In this document: positions 7,769-19,006 of the stretch, one piece after another
Layout of the letters: every line of letters begins with the position of its first letter
Position numbering within the stretch: position 1 is the first letter of the stretch
Assembly (NCBI GenBank): GCA_963758495.1
Contig: CAVWVI010000001.1
Span: 321,719 to 385,718, forward strand
Source of the DNA: Oligoflexia bacterium
Lineage (GTDB): Bacteria > Bdellovibrionota > UBA1018
Direction: 5' to 3'
Length of the DNA: 64,000 bases
Notes under the pieces: generated by a model
The model's input: only the letters and a program-made list of their open reading frames with translations
What the model was told of the DNA's origin: nothing
Database searches by the model: none
Position numbers and translations under genes: made by a program

Positions 7769-8788
7769 CTACAACGGCCACCTTTTTTGAATGGCTGCTC
7801 CAAATATACGACTCAAACTTACATTTTTGACAGGTCCAACCAGTGTCTGATCCGTATAGACTGCGCTTACTGCCCAATCTCCCTCCAACACATAACTGAA
7901 TTGAAGAGAGGCGTTCCAAACAAGTTGAGACTCTGAGACTGAGGTGATTTCACCCTGCGAGCGAATGGCATCTTCATAGATTGGAGAAAGACTGAGTCCC
8001 ATCCGAAATGCACCGCCCCCAGGGCTGAGTCCGATTCCTACGATTGTGCTTCCACCCCATCCTGGTGACAGAGTAAGAGTGGAGCCATCCGCATTCTGAA
8101 ATGTTCGAGAAAGGGCTCGATGGAGTTCGGCTGATAATAGAAAATCCCAATTTCCTAGAGTTTTTAACAGGGCGGCACCCAGAGAGATGGACAGGAACCC
8201 ACGACTTCTCGCATCCAGCAGGTAAGGCTCGTTGGCATCATAGATTGAAGGACTCGTTGGAAGGGTAGATTGTACGAATAAAAACCCTTTAGGCTTCCAG
8301 GGGGAATAACTGAATTCAGGAAGAAACTCATAAGCTATGTCTAAAGCGAGATCTCCGATGCCTTGTGCTGCAGCTAAGTCTGTACCCACTTCACGACTTC
8401 TTCGAATTAAAGGAACCACTGTCCCAATTTGTAGACCTTCTGTCAAAAGATACGCTCCACTCAAATTGATCGTATCGATTTCTTCTGCGTCTTCCGAACT
8501 GCGAAAAATAGGAATCCCCTGCGGCGGAGCATCTCCTATAATAGCGCCTCTCGAAACCAGAACTGACATTTGTGAACGGTCGTCACCTGTAATCAGTGAG
8601 GGTAAACTTGATCCTCCTCCGCAACAGGGCGCCGCCCAAACAGGAATGATTTGTAGAGCAACGCCCAACGCTATGCTCGCAAAAGCTCCCCCCAGTTTGG
8701 GGGGCCATTTAGATATTAACGTTTGCAATGGATTCTTCCTGTACTTTTGACCCGCTTCTGAGTTGAACATGGACTTCCCAGGCTCCAC
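7769..8788 (-). CDS. Hypothetical secreted/outer-membrane protein (signal-peptide-like N-terminus, beta-rich)
   Basis: 339-aa ORF with a hydrophobic N-terminal segment and a CCGGG motif; no recognisable family. Confidence 0.4.
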   Translation of the reverse strand: MEPGKSMFNSEAGQKYRKNPLQTLISKWPPKLGGAFASIALGVALQIIPVWAAPCCGGGSSLPSLITGDDRSQMSVLVSRGAIIGDAPPQGIPIFRSSEDAEEIDTINLSGAYLLTEGLQIGTVVPLIRRSREVGTDLAAAQGIGDLALDIAYEFLPEFSYSPWKPKGFLFVQSTLPTSPSIYDANEPYLLDARSRGFLSISLGAALLKTLGNWDFLLSAELHRALSRTFQNADGSTLTLSPGWGGSTIVGIGLSPGGGAFRMGLSLSPIYEDAIRSQGEITSVSESQLVWNASLQFSYVLEGDWAVSAVYTDQTLVGPVKNVSLSRIFGAAIQKRWPL

Positions 8789-9242
8789 TCATAATGAAGT
8801 AGACATTGCTTCCTTCATAAACTCCAGGGATGCTCTGATGACCAGAATCATGTGATTGAACCGTAGTAATCGGAGAGGAACCATGACCCATTGAGGGCAT
8901 CCATAACTTCACGAATACTTCGTTGGGTGGATTTGAATAGGGACCATGGTGAGTCGCTGCACCACTCTTCCAAAACCTCAAAGTAAAGGAGGAAGGATCT
9001 TGGGAGTTTGGGATCCCGTTCCATGATAATTCCGCGCACATCCTCTGCCGAGGAAACGACAGTGGACACTCGAACGCATCCTCAGTCCGAATAGGTGAAT
9101 TTCCCGGGGCTGCTGAGGGAGCTCCAGCCGGAGTTTGGGCAGTCGCGTGTTCCATAATGGGCGAATCACACCCCATAAATACAGTAGCCAAGAGAGTCAC
9201 AACAACAAGACCCATCCATCCAAAAGTTGTTCTAATACACAT
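8709..9242 (-). CDS. Lipoprotein, FixH/YtkA-like (possible metal-binding) family
   Basis: Signal peptide with lipobox FMGC, His-rich (HHGPY, MGHGSS), and an overall YtkA/FixH-like beta-sandwich pattern. Confidence 0.4.
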   Translation of the reverse strand: MCIRTTFGWMGLVVVTLLATVFMGCDSPIMEHATAQTPAGAPSAAPGNSPIRTEDAFECPLSFPRQRMCAELSWNGIPNSQDPSSFTLRFWKSGAATHHGPYSNPPNEVFVKLWMPSMGHGSSPITTVQSHDSGHQSIPGVYEGSNVYFIMSGAWEVHVQLRSGSKVQEESIANVNI

Positions 9243-9297
9243 GAAAAATTCCCCCTTTTAAATTTCTATTGAATCTGATTTCTTGAAATTAATTATA

Positions 9298-9945
9298 CTA
9301 AGAACGTTTGATAATACAGCCTAAAGTACGTACTTCTTGCTTTGATGGAGCCTTACCCTGAAAGATCGCCGACAGCGCCTCTTTGAGGTATTGTTTCTGG
9401 GCAGATTGAGCTATATGACTGTCGTCCACACCTCCTTGAAATAGGACTTTCCCATCAGGATTTACTACGAAGACATGAGGTGTCTTAAGCGCTCCGAGAC
9501 TGTTCGCAATGTGAGACCTTTCGTCTTCAATTACTGGAAAAGGTAAGTGCGCTTCCGCAAAATGACGAGAAGAGAGATCGAAGGACTCGTCTGAGTTTGA
9601 ATGAATACCGATAAACTGAAATCCCTTGGATGAGAATTGAGTAAAAAGTTCAGCCAATTTGAGTTCGTGACTCGCTGAACAAGGACATTTTGCAGATAAA
9701 AAAACAATCACTGTTCCTCGGGCAGAATCTCGAACGGTTACGGAAACTTCTCTTTTATTAACAAGATCTTTTCCAATGATTCTGCTTGGTGTTGTATTGG
9801 CGTGCGTTATTTCAAATCCTGATGAAACAAAAAATAGAAGAATTAAGTTTAGACTAAAATAGAGATAAAGAATTTTTATCATTACAATCTTACTCCTACA
9901 TGGAGATAAAGAATGAGTATTAACTGCTCTAAAGTAGGAATTCAA
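9298..9945 (-). CDS. TlpA/ResA-like thiol:disulfide oxidoreductase (thioredoxin fold, CPCS motif)
   Basis: VIVFLSAKCPCSASHE is a redoxin active-site context and the protein has a signal anchor. Confidence 0.6.
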   Translation of the reverse strand: MNSYFRAVNTHSLSPCRSKIVMIKILYLYFSLNLILLFFVSSGFEITHANTTPSRIIGKDLVNKREVSVTVRDSARGTVIVFLSAKCPCSASHELKLAELFTQFSSKGFQFIGIHSNSDESFDLSSRHFAEAHLPFPVIEDERSHIANSLGALKTPHVFVVNPDGKVLFQGGVDDSHIAQSAQKQYLKEALSAIFQGKAPSKQEVRTLGCIIKRS

Positions 9946-10001
9946 TCAAAGAAATATTGTCCTTGAAAATCAGGAAAGCATTATGCCAACATGAATTCTA
10001 A

Positions 10002-10394
10002 ATGAGGACTCTTCGCCAAATTCATCTTTATTTCGGATGTATTTTTGCTCCCTTGATTATCTATTTTTCCCTTTCTGGAGCTTGGCAGGTATTTCGCTTG
10101 AATGACATTCCTAAAAATGATCCGCTATCACCGCCGTCGCGCACTTCAATGATGCACTCTATTTTTCATGAACTCTCGAAGCCTCATACAAGTTCAACGC
10201 TACCGGGATCGAATCCAAAAACAGAACACTCAGTGGCATTCACGTGGCTTGCGCTCTTACTAGCATTGGGAATGACCTTAACCACTTCCATTGGAATCGT
10301 CCTAGCTCTGACGTATGGCCGATCACCTCGAATAGTGGCGCTCTGCATGGGTATGGGTGTTGCACTTCCAGTCTGCCTCTTGATTTTACGATAG
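10002..10394 (+). CDS. Small integral membrane protein
   Basis: A 130-aa ORF with three predicted TM segments. Confidence 0.4.
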   Translation: MRTLRQIHLYFGCIFAPLIIYFSLSGAWQVFRLNDIPKNDPLSPPSRTSMMHSIFHELSKPHTSSTLPGSNPKTEHSVAFTWLALLLALGMTLTTSIGIVLALTYGRSPRIVALCMGMGVALPVCLLILR

Positions 10395-10447
10395 TTCTTA
10401 TGTAATTTTTATGGGAACGTTACTGCTTCAAAGAGGGACTACTCAAT

Positions 10448-10885
10448 ATGAATCAGGGTCAGAAGTGTTCATACCGCTTGAGCCTAAAACGATTTTTAAG
10501 ACGAGAGTTCCGGCCAAATTTAACAGAAAAATTTTTTACTTCCTCTGTGATCCTGCTCCTGCTCAACATGACCTCTTCCTGCGCCTTCTATAATGAAAAA
10601 AACCCTGGGGACCCAAGTACCATTACACCTCAAACGGTTTCCTGGCAGCGCGTTTCCACCGAATTTTTCCAGCCCCGATGCGCCATCTGCCACGGACAAG
10701 GAGGAGCGAATATCAACATCTCCGATTATAGCGCAGTACTTTCTGAAATGAGCCGTATTCAACAGCAAGTACTTATGAAGAAGAGTATGCCCCCAGACTC
10801 CCCGTTAACGCCTTACGAAGAAAAACTTTTATCCACTTGGATTGAAAACGGAACGCCTTACGGAGCGACAGGAGAAGGTCAATGA
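10448..10885 (+). CDS. Cytochrome c-like lipoprotein (single CxxCH: CAICHG)
   Basis: Signal peptide with a lipobox-like SSC and a CAICH heme-binding motif. Confidence 0.5.
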   Translation: MNQGQKCSYRLSLKRFLRREFRPNLTEKFFTSSVILLLLNMTSSCAFYNEKNPGDPSTITPQTVSWQRVSTEFFQPRCAICHGQGGANINISDYSAVLSEMSRIQQQVLMKKSMPPDSPLTPYEEKLLSTWIENGTPYGATGEGQ

Positions 10886-12048
10886 AAAATAGTCTCGCCT
10901 TCCTGAGTCTGAGCTTAGCTCTATGGACAATAGGCTCTACGCCCGTATTTGCGTTTCCAGAAATGATTCGGCACAATTACGTTAACTGTACGTCTTGCCA
11001 TGTGAGTCCAAACGGCGGAGGCGTGCTGAATCCCTACGGTCGCCAAAGTTCCGTTGCTGCTCTGAGCACGTGGGGAACTGAAAATGAAGCAAAGCCCCTT
11101 TACAACCTTTTCGCCCAACCGGATTGGATTGATACCGGGGCATTCATACGCGGAGTCCAAACCGCTCAGAATAACTCACAGGTCAGTAGCGGCTATTATT
11201 GGTGGATGCAGGGCCAGCTTGAAGCGGCGGCTCGATTTGGACCTGAAGGGAAATGGACGGCTGACCTTGCTTTAGGAGTGAGCCCCGATGTTCTCAACGG
11301 TCTGCTTCCTAATGGAGTTTCCCCTTTATCAAGCCCCAGGCAATATCTCATGTACCGACCGTCAGAAACCACTTCAATCCGTGCCGGTAAATTTCTCCTC
11401 GATTACGGCATCTATTTTCAGGATCATACGATAGCCACTCGGCAAGGAGTCGGCTTTGATGAGGGCAATGAAACCTACAACCTCGAATACAGCTACCAAG
11501 GAGAGGCGTGGTCAGGGTCGATTAGCGCTGATTTTGGTCGTCCCGATAACATAAGTCTGATGATGGAACGAGGAGCTGCTGCTACCGGAGGATATAACTT
11601 AAACGACCACGATAAGGTGGGCTGGAGCGCTTTCGTGGGAGCGCAAAATGGAAACAGCCGACAGTTGACAGGTCCTTATGTCCTTCTTGGATTTTCTCCT
11701 CACTTTTACTTTGTAGGTGAGATGGATCTTCAATTCTCTCAACCCACCCAAGGCAGTTCAACGCAAGGACTCTTTCAGTATGGAAAAGTAGGCTATGAAC
11801 TCATACAGGGACTTCACTTCTATATTCTTGAGCAAGCGTTCGTTCACTCCTTTAATGGGACCTATCAGCCACTCCCTCAAGATTTTAAATATGGTCCGCT
11901 CGCGAATCGTCTCTATGGAATTGGCCCAGGTATCTCTTGGTATCCACGCCCTCATTTTTACATTCAATTAGAGGTCCAACAGCAATTCAGTGCCGAACTC
12001 CCCTCATCGCAAACTTCTGGATTTTTGACAGGAAACATTTATCTATAG
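10882..12048 (+). CDS. Secreted CxxCH-containing beta-rich protein (heme-binding, outer-membrane-like)
   Basis: Signal peptide, CTSCH motif near the N-terminus, a long beta-strand-like region, and 4-nt overlap with the upstream gene. Confidence 0.45.
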   Translation: MKNSLAFLSLSLALWTIGSTPVFAFPEMIRHNYVNCTSCHVSPNGGGVLNPYGRQSSVAALSTWGTENEAKPLYNLFAQPDWIDTGAFIRGVQTAQNNSQVSSGYYWWMQGQLEAAARFGPEGKWTADLALGVSPDVLNGLLPNGVSPLSSPRQYLMYRPSETTSIRAGKFLLDYGIYFQDHTIATRQGVGFDEGNETYNLEYSYQGEAWSGSISADFGRPDNISLMMERGAAATGGYNLNDHDKVGWSAFVGAQNGNSRQLTGPYVLLGFSPHFYFVGEMDLQFSQPTQGSSTQGLFQYGKVGYELIQGLHFYILEQAFVHSFNGTYQPLPQDFKYGPLANRLYGIGPGISWYPRPHFYIQLEVQQQFSAELPSSQTSGFLTGNIYL

Positions 12049-12057
12049 GGGTATTAG

Positions 12058-12669
12058 ATGAAATCTATCAAGCTCAGTCAATTTTCTCCGTCGTTGCTCT
12101 TGATCACTACAATTTGCATAAGCCCTTGGGTCGCTTTTGCCGATTCAACCCAAGTCAACCTAGATCAAGGTTCGGGTGTAGTAGAGTTTCATGCAACAGG
12201 GCATCCAAGCGCACTCAAAATAGTTGGAAAAGGAACCTCTCCTAAAGGGATTTTCACCATAAACGGAAAGCTTGTCAGCGGCAGCGCCCATTTTCAGCTT
12301 GCTTTGTTAGATACTGGGATCGAAATGCGGGATCGCCATATGAAGGAAAAATATCTGGAAGTGCAAAAGTACCCTGAAGCCGCGCTCACTCTCACAAAAC
12401 TAGAACTTCCCCAAGAGTTCACTCACGACGCCTCATTTAGCAAGGTCCCTTTTACAGGAACACTTTCTCTGCATGGTGTGCAACACTCTGTAAGTGGCAC
12501 AGTGGACGTTTCAAGGAAAGAAAACCAGGTGATGATCCACGCAAACTTCGGTCTTAAAATTGCGGACTACGCCATCGCTTTGCCGATCTTTGCAGGAATT
12601 ACAATGGCCGACGATGTGCAAATCATGATTCAAAGTACAGCGCCCCTTGTAAAGAGAAATGTTGAATAA
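12058..12669 (+). CDS. YceI-family periplasmic protein
   Basis: YceI-like sequence with a signal peptide, about 200 aa. Confidence 0.6.
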   Translation: MKSIKLSQFSPSLLLITTICISPWVAFADSTQVNLDQGSGVVEFHATGHPSALKIVGKGTSPKGIFTINGKLVSGSAHFQLALLDTGIEMRDRHMKEKYLEVQKYPEAALTLTKLELPQEFTHDASFSKVPFTGTLSLHGVQHSVSGTVDVSRKENQVMIHANFGLKIADYAIALPIFAGITMADDVQIMIQSTAPLVKRNVE

Positions 12670-13354
12670 ACCATTTCTTAGCATGCTCTGAGACAGCCTC
12701 AAGTGTGCCAGGTTCTTCAAAAAGATGAGTCGCTCCTGGTACAATCACAAGCTTTCCGGTAGTGAGATACTTGAGAGCTTCCTGATTCATTTCAATGATG
12801 GATTCATCGTCCCCCCCTACAATCAAGAGAGTAGGGGCTATCACTTCTCTTAAACGAGAAATAGCAAGATCCGGACGTCCACCTCGCGAAACCACAGCGG
12901 AAATTTTGTCGCATAAGTCAGCAGCTGCCCATAAAGCAGCTCCTCCTCCTGTACTTGCCCCCAAGTAACCTAATGGAAGTTTTGCTCGTAAGCTCTGATT
13001 TTTAATCCATTGTCGTTGCCATTGAATGATCCACGCTGTGGCAATCCCAAGACGGCTCGCTAGGAAAGGGATGTCAAATACATTTTCTCGATCTTCGGCT
13101 TCATCCAGAGTAAGGAGATCAAAAAGGAGTGTTCCCAAGCCTCCTTGATTCAGCGCCTGAGCCACCTGTAAATTTCTGGGACTTAAACGACTGCTTCCAC
13201 TTCCATGAGCAAAGATCACGATTCCACGAGGGTCTGAAGGAAGTACTAAATGTCCTGGTAAACAGACCGAACCATCTGTCACCTCAACCTCTTCAGAAAA
13301 CTCCAAATGATTCAACTGTGCGGTCGACCTTTTCCGGTGCCCTTTTGGATTCAT
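12623..13354 (-). CDS. Dienelactone hydrolase / alpha-beta hydrolase family protein
   Basis: An HGSGSS region, a GASTGGG nucleophile-elbow-like motif, and a C-terminal H; it overlaps the YceI-like gene 12058..12669 convergently. Confidence 0.6.
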   Translation of the reverse strand: MNPKGHRKRSTAQLNHLEFSEEVEVTDGSVCLPGHLVLPSDPRGIVIFAHGSGSSRLSPRNLQVAQALNQGGLGTLLFDLLTLDEAEDRENVFDIPFLASRLGIATAWIIQWQRQWIKNQSLRAKLPLGYLGASTGGGAALWAAADLCDKISAVVSRGGRPDLAISRLREVIAPTLLIVGGDDESIIEMNQEALKYLTTGKLVIVPGATHLFEEPGTLEAVSEHAKKWFIQHFSLQGALYFES

Positions 13355-13465
13355 AGCATTAACTTATCTACCTTATCCATGAATGAGGGTGCATAGTCTA
13401 GACCAGCGTCTCAACCCTCTGCTCGAATGAATCGATGGCACTCCCTTAGCAGACTATTTTCAGTA

Positions 13466-14374
13466 ATGATTCCTACTCACTTTATCCAGAGGAGAGTCGT
13501 GACACTACCTGAGGGTACCTCTATCAACCAAGCGGCAAAATTGATGCGCAATCACGCAATTGGCTCTATCCTTGTCACTGATTCGAAAGACTCTTTAATT
13601 GGCATTGTGACTGATCGTGATCTAGCTTGTATAGCTGTTGGAGAAAGGAAAAGCACAGATCTTTCCGTCACTGATGTCATGACTCCTCGTCCTCTTACAG
13701 TCGAACAGTCAGAGGATCTAGAACATGTAATCTATCTCATGCAGGAATCGGGTATTCGAAGGATTCCTGTAGTTGAAATCCTTTCCGATGGAAGTCAAAA
13801 GTGCATTGGATTGATTACGCTAGATGATTTGGTAGCCTCGAAAGCTATTGATTACGATTATGTATCACGGATTATTCGAAGTCAGATTGAAAGGCGACAT
13901 GCCATCCGCAAATATCAGAAAATTGGCCATCCAACTCATCAGACTCAACTAGCGGGTCGTCATCCCAGCCTCAATCGATTTTATCGTAAGATCCAGGACA
14001 AAACAGGACTTAAAGACAATCAGCTCAATGATGTAACACTAGCGATTTTAGCAGCCATTGTCCAAAGACTGCACTATTCGGGTGCTGCCCACTTCATTAG
14101 CATACTACCAGAGGGACTCCAGGGTCCCCTTCTCGATCTTCCTCCGGGCCCAGATCAAAAAGTAACTGCTACTACCCTAAAAGATCATCTCTCTTCGCGA
14201 TTTAATTTTTCTTTCCAGAGAGTGGAATCAATATTGATGCACTTCTTTCAAGGCCTTTCGAAATTGGTGCCGCCTTCGGAAATCGAGTACCTTCGTTCGT
14301 CCCTACCTGAAGAGCTCATTCAATTATTACCGAAGAGCGACTCTACTCAAAGAAAACCAGATGCAGCGGCGTAG
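13466..14374 (+). CDS. CBS-domain pair protein with a C-terminal uncharacterized domain
   Basis: Two CBS motifs (IGSILVTD...GIVTDRDL and IRRIPVV...GLITLDDL). Confidence 0.55.
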   Translation: MIPTHFIQRRVVTLPEGTSINQAAKLMRNHAIGSILVTDSKDSLIGIVTDRDLACIAVGERKSTDLSVTDVMTPRPLTVEQSEDLEHVIYLMQESGIRRIPVVEILSDGSQKCIGLITLDDLVASKAIDYDYVSRIIRSQIERRHAIRKYQKIGHPTHQTQLAGRHPSLNRFYRKIQDKTGLKDNQLNDVTLAILAAIVQRLHYSGAAHFISILPEGLQGPLLDLPPGPDQKVTATTLKDHLSSRFNFSFQRVESILMHFFQGLSKLVPPSEIEYLRSSLPEELIQLLPKSDSTQRKPDAAA

Positions 14375-14415
14375 CCTGTTGGTTGAACTGGAGCCGACAA
14401 CCACGCTTCCATAAG

Positions 14416-16518
14416 TTAAATCATTTTTTTAATCAGTGCCCGTGCCCGCGCCACTACGTGCTCAACCGAGAACCCATACTCTTTCATTAAGAAATCACCC
14501 GGCGCCGAAGCCCCGAATCGCTCCAATTTATCACCCACACTGATGACATCCCCCTCCAAGCCGACCCAACGATGCCATCCGAAAGAACATGTCGCCTCGA
14601 CAGCGAGCCTACACTTCACCGCCTGCGGAAGCACGCTCTCGCGATATTCCGGGCTCTGCCGTTCAAAGAGTTCCCATGATGGCATTGACACAATACGTAC
14701 ACGGAGCCGATCCTGACCTAAGACCGGTTGAGCTGCCAAAATTGCTTCGGCTGCGACAACGAGCGAGACCTCGGACCCCGTTCCAATCAAAATGAGTTCT
14801 GGATCCTCCACGCTAGAATTGAGTACGTATGCACCCCGGCGAAGCCCGTCTGCGGGCGTCAGAAAACTTCGGTCCAGGGTTGGGACACTTTGTCGGGATA
14901 GAATGAGTACCGTAGGTCCTGTAGAGTTCTCCATGGCAACTTGCCAGGCACAGCGGGTCTCATTAGCATCGGCAGGCCTGATCACTATCATCCCTGGGAT
15001 AGCCCGCAAGCTCGCGATCTGCTCCACCGGTTGATGTGTCGGCCCGTCCTCTCCAACTCCGATGCTATCGTGAGTAAAAACCCAAATGGATCGCAACTGA
15101 GCAATAGCCGAAAGCCGAATAGGAGGCCGCATATAGTCTGCGAATACTAGAAAGGTCGCGCCGAATGGAATGAATCCTCCGTGATACACAAGACCATTGA
15201 CTACGGCACCCATCGCATGTTCTCGAACTCCAAAATGAATATTCCTACCAGCATAGCTCCAACCGCCGCCCACAATCCCTTCAACACCCTCACGCTGCCG
15301 TATCGGTGATTCGAAATCTCCATCCTGCTTGAGCCAGGTGAAGGTCGATGGATCCAGGTCACCGGATCCTCCGACGAGTTCCGGTACTGCATTTGCCAAA
15401 ACTTGCAGAACGGCCTCGGATGCTTTTCGAGTGGCCATTCCCTTGGCATCAGCCATAGAGCCAAATGGAAACTGAGGTAACTTGGCATCCCATCCACTCG
15501 GTAGCTTTCCGCTAAATCGTCGTGTGATTTCTTCAGCAAGTCCGGGATATTCTTTTTTATAGATTTCAAAGCGGCGCTTCCAATCGTCTTGTAACTTTTT
15601 CCCGCGCTCGAGGGCAGAACGAAAGTGTGCGAGTGCCTCTTCTGGAATGTAAAAAGACGGTTCCTCAGGCCACCCGAGATTTCGTTTCGTCTTTTTAACT
15701 TCTTCGATGCCTAGCGGGTTTCCATGCGCATGCCACGAGCCTGCCAAATCTGGCGCACCAAAAGCAATGACAGTCTTCACTATAATCAACGACGGTTGCC
15801 CTTTTACATCTTGCGCCGACACAATTGCTCGCGATATTTCGGATAGATTATTTCCATCGGCGACGTGCTGCACGTGCCAGCCATACGCCCGATAACGTGC
15901 CGCCACATCTTCGGTAAAAGCGAGTGACGTGGTGCCTGACAAGGTGACGCGATTTGAGTCATATAGAATGATCAACTTGCTTAAATTAAGGTGCCCTGCG
16001 AGCGAAGCCGCTTCAGCCTGCACTCCTTCCATCAAATCTCCATCACTGGCGAGCACATACGTATAGTGACTGAAGATCTCATACCCAGGCCGGTTAAATC
16101 GGGCTGCGAGATGAGCCTCCCCGATCGCCATGCCCACAGCGTTCCCGATGCCCTGACCTAACGGCCCAGTTGACGCTTCAACTCCCCGGGTCAGATGGCT
16201 CTCGGGATGCCCCGGTGTCAAGCTCTGCCATTGTCGGAAGCGTTTCAGTTGTTCCATTGTCATTTGTTCGTAACCTGTGAGGTGAAGAGCGGCGTAGAGT
16301 AGCGCCGACCCATGGCCAGCAGATAGGACCAAGCGATCGCGATCGATGAAGCTTGGGTCAGCGGGATTATGACGAATCAAGCGCGACGCCAGTACATAGA
16401 CCATAGGTGCCGCGTCGAGCGGCATACCGGGATGGCCGGAATTCGCTTTTTGCACCATATCAACAGCAAGAAAGCGAAGAGTGTTCACGCACATTCTATC
16501 TAGATCATTTGAGTTCAT
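14416..16518 (-). CDS. tkt: Transketolase
   Basis: The N-terminal TPP-binding sequence (...[17 protein letters not shown]...) and full-length similarity; the start is placed at MNSNDL to give 4-nt coupling with zwf. Confidence 0.9.
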   Translation of the reverse strand: MNSNDLDRMCVNTLRFLAVDMVQKANSGHPGMPLDAAPMVYVLASRLIRHNPADPSFIDRDRLVLSAGHGSALLYAALHLTGYEQMTMEQLKRFRQWQSLTPGHPESHLTRGVEASTGPLGQGIGNAVGMAIGEAHLAARFNRPGYEIFSHYTYVLASDGDLMEGVQAEAASLAGHLNLSKLIILYDSNRVTLSGTTSLAFTEDVAARYRAYGWHVQHVADGNNLSEISRAIVSAQDVKGQPSLIIVKTVIAFGAPDLAGSWHAHGNPLGIEEVKKTKRNLGWPEEPSFYIPEEALAHFRSALERGKKLQDDWKRRFEIYKKEYPGLAEEITRRFSGKLPSGWDAKLPQFPFGSMADAKGMATRKASEAVLQVLANAVPELVGGSGDLDPSTFTWLKQDGDFESPIRQREGVEGIVGGGWSYAGRNIHFGVREHAMGAVVNGLVYHGGFIPFGATFLVFADYMRPPIRLSAIAQLRSIWVFTHDSIGVGEDGPTHQPVEQIASLRAIPGMIVIRPADANETRCAWQVAMENSTGPTVLILSRQSVPTLDRSFLTPADGLRRGAYVLNSSVEDPELILIGTGSEVSLVVAAEAILAAQPVLGQDRLRVRIVSMPSWELFERQSPEYRESVLPQAVKCRLAVEATCSFGWHRWVGLEGDVISVGDKLERFGASAPGDFLMKEYGFSVEHVVARARALIKKMI

Positions 16519-17933
16519 GCGGCCCTCTTCACCTGGGCCTTTAGGTCCAGATTTATATCGAAGGGTTGGAACCAACTCTGAGGGACTGCCCCCACCAGAC
16601 GATCCGCGTCTGGAGGGCCCCATGTCCTTGGCTCGTAAGTCAGGGGCTCAGCCTTGAGATCAATCACGGGATCAACAATTCGCCACTGAGCCTCGATAGC
16701 GTCCTGGCGAGCGAAAAGACTCGTGTCGCCTCGCATGGCATCGCCGAGCAGCCGTTCGTAGGGAAGCATGTCGCGGGCCTGATTCTTGGATGCCCATAAC
16801 TCCACTTCTTGCCCCAACATGGGCTCTCCGGGCTTCTTGATCCGTACACCGAGTGCAATGACTGTGGTATCGGGACCCAGTCGAAATCGAAGGTATTCAG
16901 AGGATGAAGCATGCTCATGGTAGATGTCGCGTACCGGTCGCTTGAGTTGCACCCGCAGTTCGATTGCGTTCAGCGCGAGACATTTGCCAGCACGAATGAA
17001 GAACGGCACATCAGCCCAACGAGCAGTATCGATATTGAGCTTAATGGCAGCGAATGTTTCGACCTTCGAATCACGTGCCACACCAGGCTCGTCACGATAA
17101 CCTCGAAATTGCCCACGCACGATATGCTCGGGATCGATGGGCGTAATCGCCTTAAGGAGGCGCGTCTTCTCGTCACGGATCGCCTCTGAGTCCTGCCCTA
17201 CCGGTGCATCCATGGCAAGGATCGCTGTCAATTGCAGAATGTGGTTTTGAATCACGTCGCGAATTGCGCCGGTTTCCTCGTAGAATTTGCCGCGACCCCG
17301 AACGCCAAAATCCTCTGCCATAATGATCTGTACATGTTCCACATGATCGCGATTCAGGACGGTCTCAGGCAATACATTAGCAAAGCGGAAATACATCAGA
17401 TTGAGCACAGGCTCCTTGCCAAGGTAGTGATCAATGCGAAAGATTCTAGCTTCGGGAAAAAGTTGAAGCAGCGTTTGATTCAGTGCACGCGCGGACGCCA
17501 GATCACGCCCAAAAGGCTTTTCCAACACGACTCTCGCCTCCCTGGCACATCTTGATTTGCCCAAGCCGATGACCACTTGAGGGAAGGCGCTAGGTGGAAT
17601 AGCAAGGTAATACAACGGGCGCTCAGCCGCTCCCAGTTCACGGCATAATGCTTCAAAAGTAGCAGGATCGGCGTAATTCCCATGAACATAATGAAGAAGG
17701 GAAACCAGCTTATCGAACGCACTCTGGTTGAAGTCACCGTGATGCTCCAGACTGTCCCGGACCCGCGCACAAAGACGATCCAGGGTCCACTCTGATCTGG
17801 CAACACAGATCACAGGCACGTTCAAAACACCTCGGCGGGTCATCGCCTGGAGCGCCGGGAACACCTCCTTAAAAACAAGATCCCCCGTGGCACCAAAAAT
17901 AACCAATGCATCCGAATGAAGTGGTGTGGTCAT
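16515..17933 (-). CDS. zwf: Glucose-6-phosphate 1-dehydrogenase
   Basis: N-terminal NADP-binding [10 protein letters not shown] and the active-site RIDHYLGKE motif. Confidence 0.9.
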   Translation of the reverse strand: MTTPLHSDALVIFGATGDLVFKEVFPALQAMTRRGVLNVPVICVARSEWTLDRLCARVRDSLEHHGDFNQSAFDKLVSLLHYVHGNYADPATFEALCRELGAAERPLYYLAIPPSAFPQVVIGLGKSRCAREARVVLEKPFGRDLASARALNQTLLQLFPEARIFRIDHYLGKEPVLNLMYFRFANVLPETVLNRDHVEHVQIIMAEDFGVRGRGKFYEETGAIRDVIQNHILQLTAILAMDAPVGQDSEAIRDEKTRLLKAITPIDPEHIVRGQFRGYRDEPGVARDSKVETFAAIKLNIDTARWADVPFFIRAGKCLALNAIELRVQLKRPVRDIYHEHASSSEYLRFRLGPDTTVIALGVRIKKPGEPMLGQEVELWASKNQARDMLPYERLLGDAMRGDTSLFARQDAIEAQWRIVDPVIDLKAEPLTYEPRTWGPPDADRLVGAVPQSWFQPFDINLDLKAQVKRAA

Positions 17934-19006
17934 GCTTGTTTCACCTTAGATTTGTCCTTAGATTTGTCCTTGGATTTTTCAATATGACCACCGAACTCGA
18001 AGCGCATCGCCGACACCACTCGATCAGCGAATTGCGCCTCACCACGAGAAGCGAAGCGTTCAGAGATGGCTGTTGAAAGAATGGGTGACGGTACGCTCTC
18101 GTCAATCGCAGCCTTAAGCGTCCAGCGACCTTCGCCCGAATCAGAAATTCGCCCGGTAAAATCGCTCAATTCTGGATTTCGCTCGAGAGCCGTAGCAGTC
18201 AAGTCGAGCAACCACGATGCGATTACGCTTCCGCGTCGCCAGACTTCGGCAATGTCACGCAGATCGAAATCGTACTGATAAAATTCAGGGTTCGTCAGGG
18301 GTGCAGTTTCTGCGTCTTCATGCCCCTGAGCTTGCCCCTGAGCACGATTCTCCTCCTTGCCGACGTTTGCGTGGCGGAGAATATTGAATCCTTCTGCATA
18401 CGCGGCCATAAGCCCATACTCGATGCCGTTATGAACCATTTTTACAAAATGCCCCGCACCGTTGGGGCCGCAGCGCAGATAACCGTTCTCTGCAGGTGTG
18501 GGTGGGCCATTACGCCCAGGAGTGCGCGAAGCAGCCGCGGTCATAGATGGAGCCAAAGCAGAAAAAATTGGATCGAGACGTTTGACTACGTTGATATCTC
18601 CGCCAATCATCAGACAGTAGCCTCGCTCCTTGCCCCATATCCCTCCGGAAGTCCCAACGTCTACGTATTGAATTCCCTTCGTTGTCAGCGATTTGGAACG
18701 ACGGATATCATCGTGGTAATAGGAGTTGCCACCGTCGATGATCACATCTTCGCGCGCTAATAGAGGCACGAGTGCAGCGATCATCTCATCAACTGCTGCA
18801 GCCGGAACCATGAGCCAGATTGCACGTGGCGTATCGAGCTTACTGACCAGCTCCTCGATAGAGCTAACGCCAATCGCGCCCTCGTCAACAACCGGTTTTA
18901 CTTTTTCTACATGACGATTATAAGCTACGACTTCGTGGCCCGCCTTGAGCAGGCGTACTGCCATGTTTGCTCCCATTCGACCCAACCCGACCATTCCAAT
19001 TTTCAT
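17930..19006 (-). CDS. gnd: 6-phosphogluconate dehydrogenase (decarboxylating), short Gnd-like form, with a C-terminal KDKS repeat tail
   Basis: The N-terminal Rossmann sequence MKIGMVGLGRMGANMA and 6PGDH motifs; the tail is encoded by a 12-nt tandem repeat. Confidence 0.8.
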   Translation of the reverse strand: MKIGMVGLGRMGANMAVRLLKAGHEVVAYNRHVEKVKPVVDEGAIGVSSIEELVSKLDTPRAIWLMVPAAAVDEMIAALVPLLAREDVIIDGGNSYYHDDIRRSKSLTTKGIQYVDVGTSGGIWGKERGYCLMIGGDINVVKRLDPIFSALAPSMTAAASRTPGRNGPPTPAENGYLRCGPNGAGHFVKMVHNGIEYGLMAAYAEGFNILRHANVGKEENRAQGQAQGHEDAETAPLTNPEFYQYDFDLRDIAEVWRRGSVIASWLLDLTATALERNPELSDFTGRISDSGEGRWTLKAAIDESVPSPILSTAISERFASRGEAQFADRVVSAMRFEFGGHIEKSKDKSKDKSKVKQA

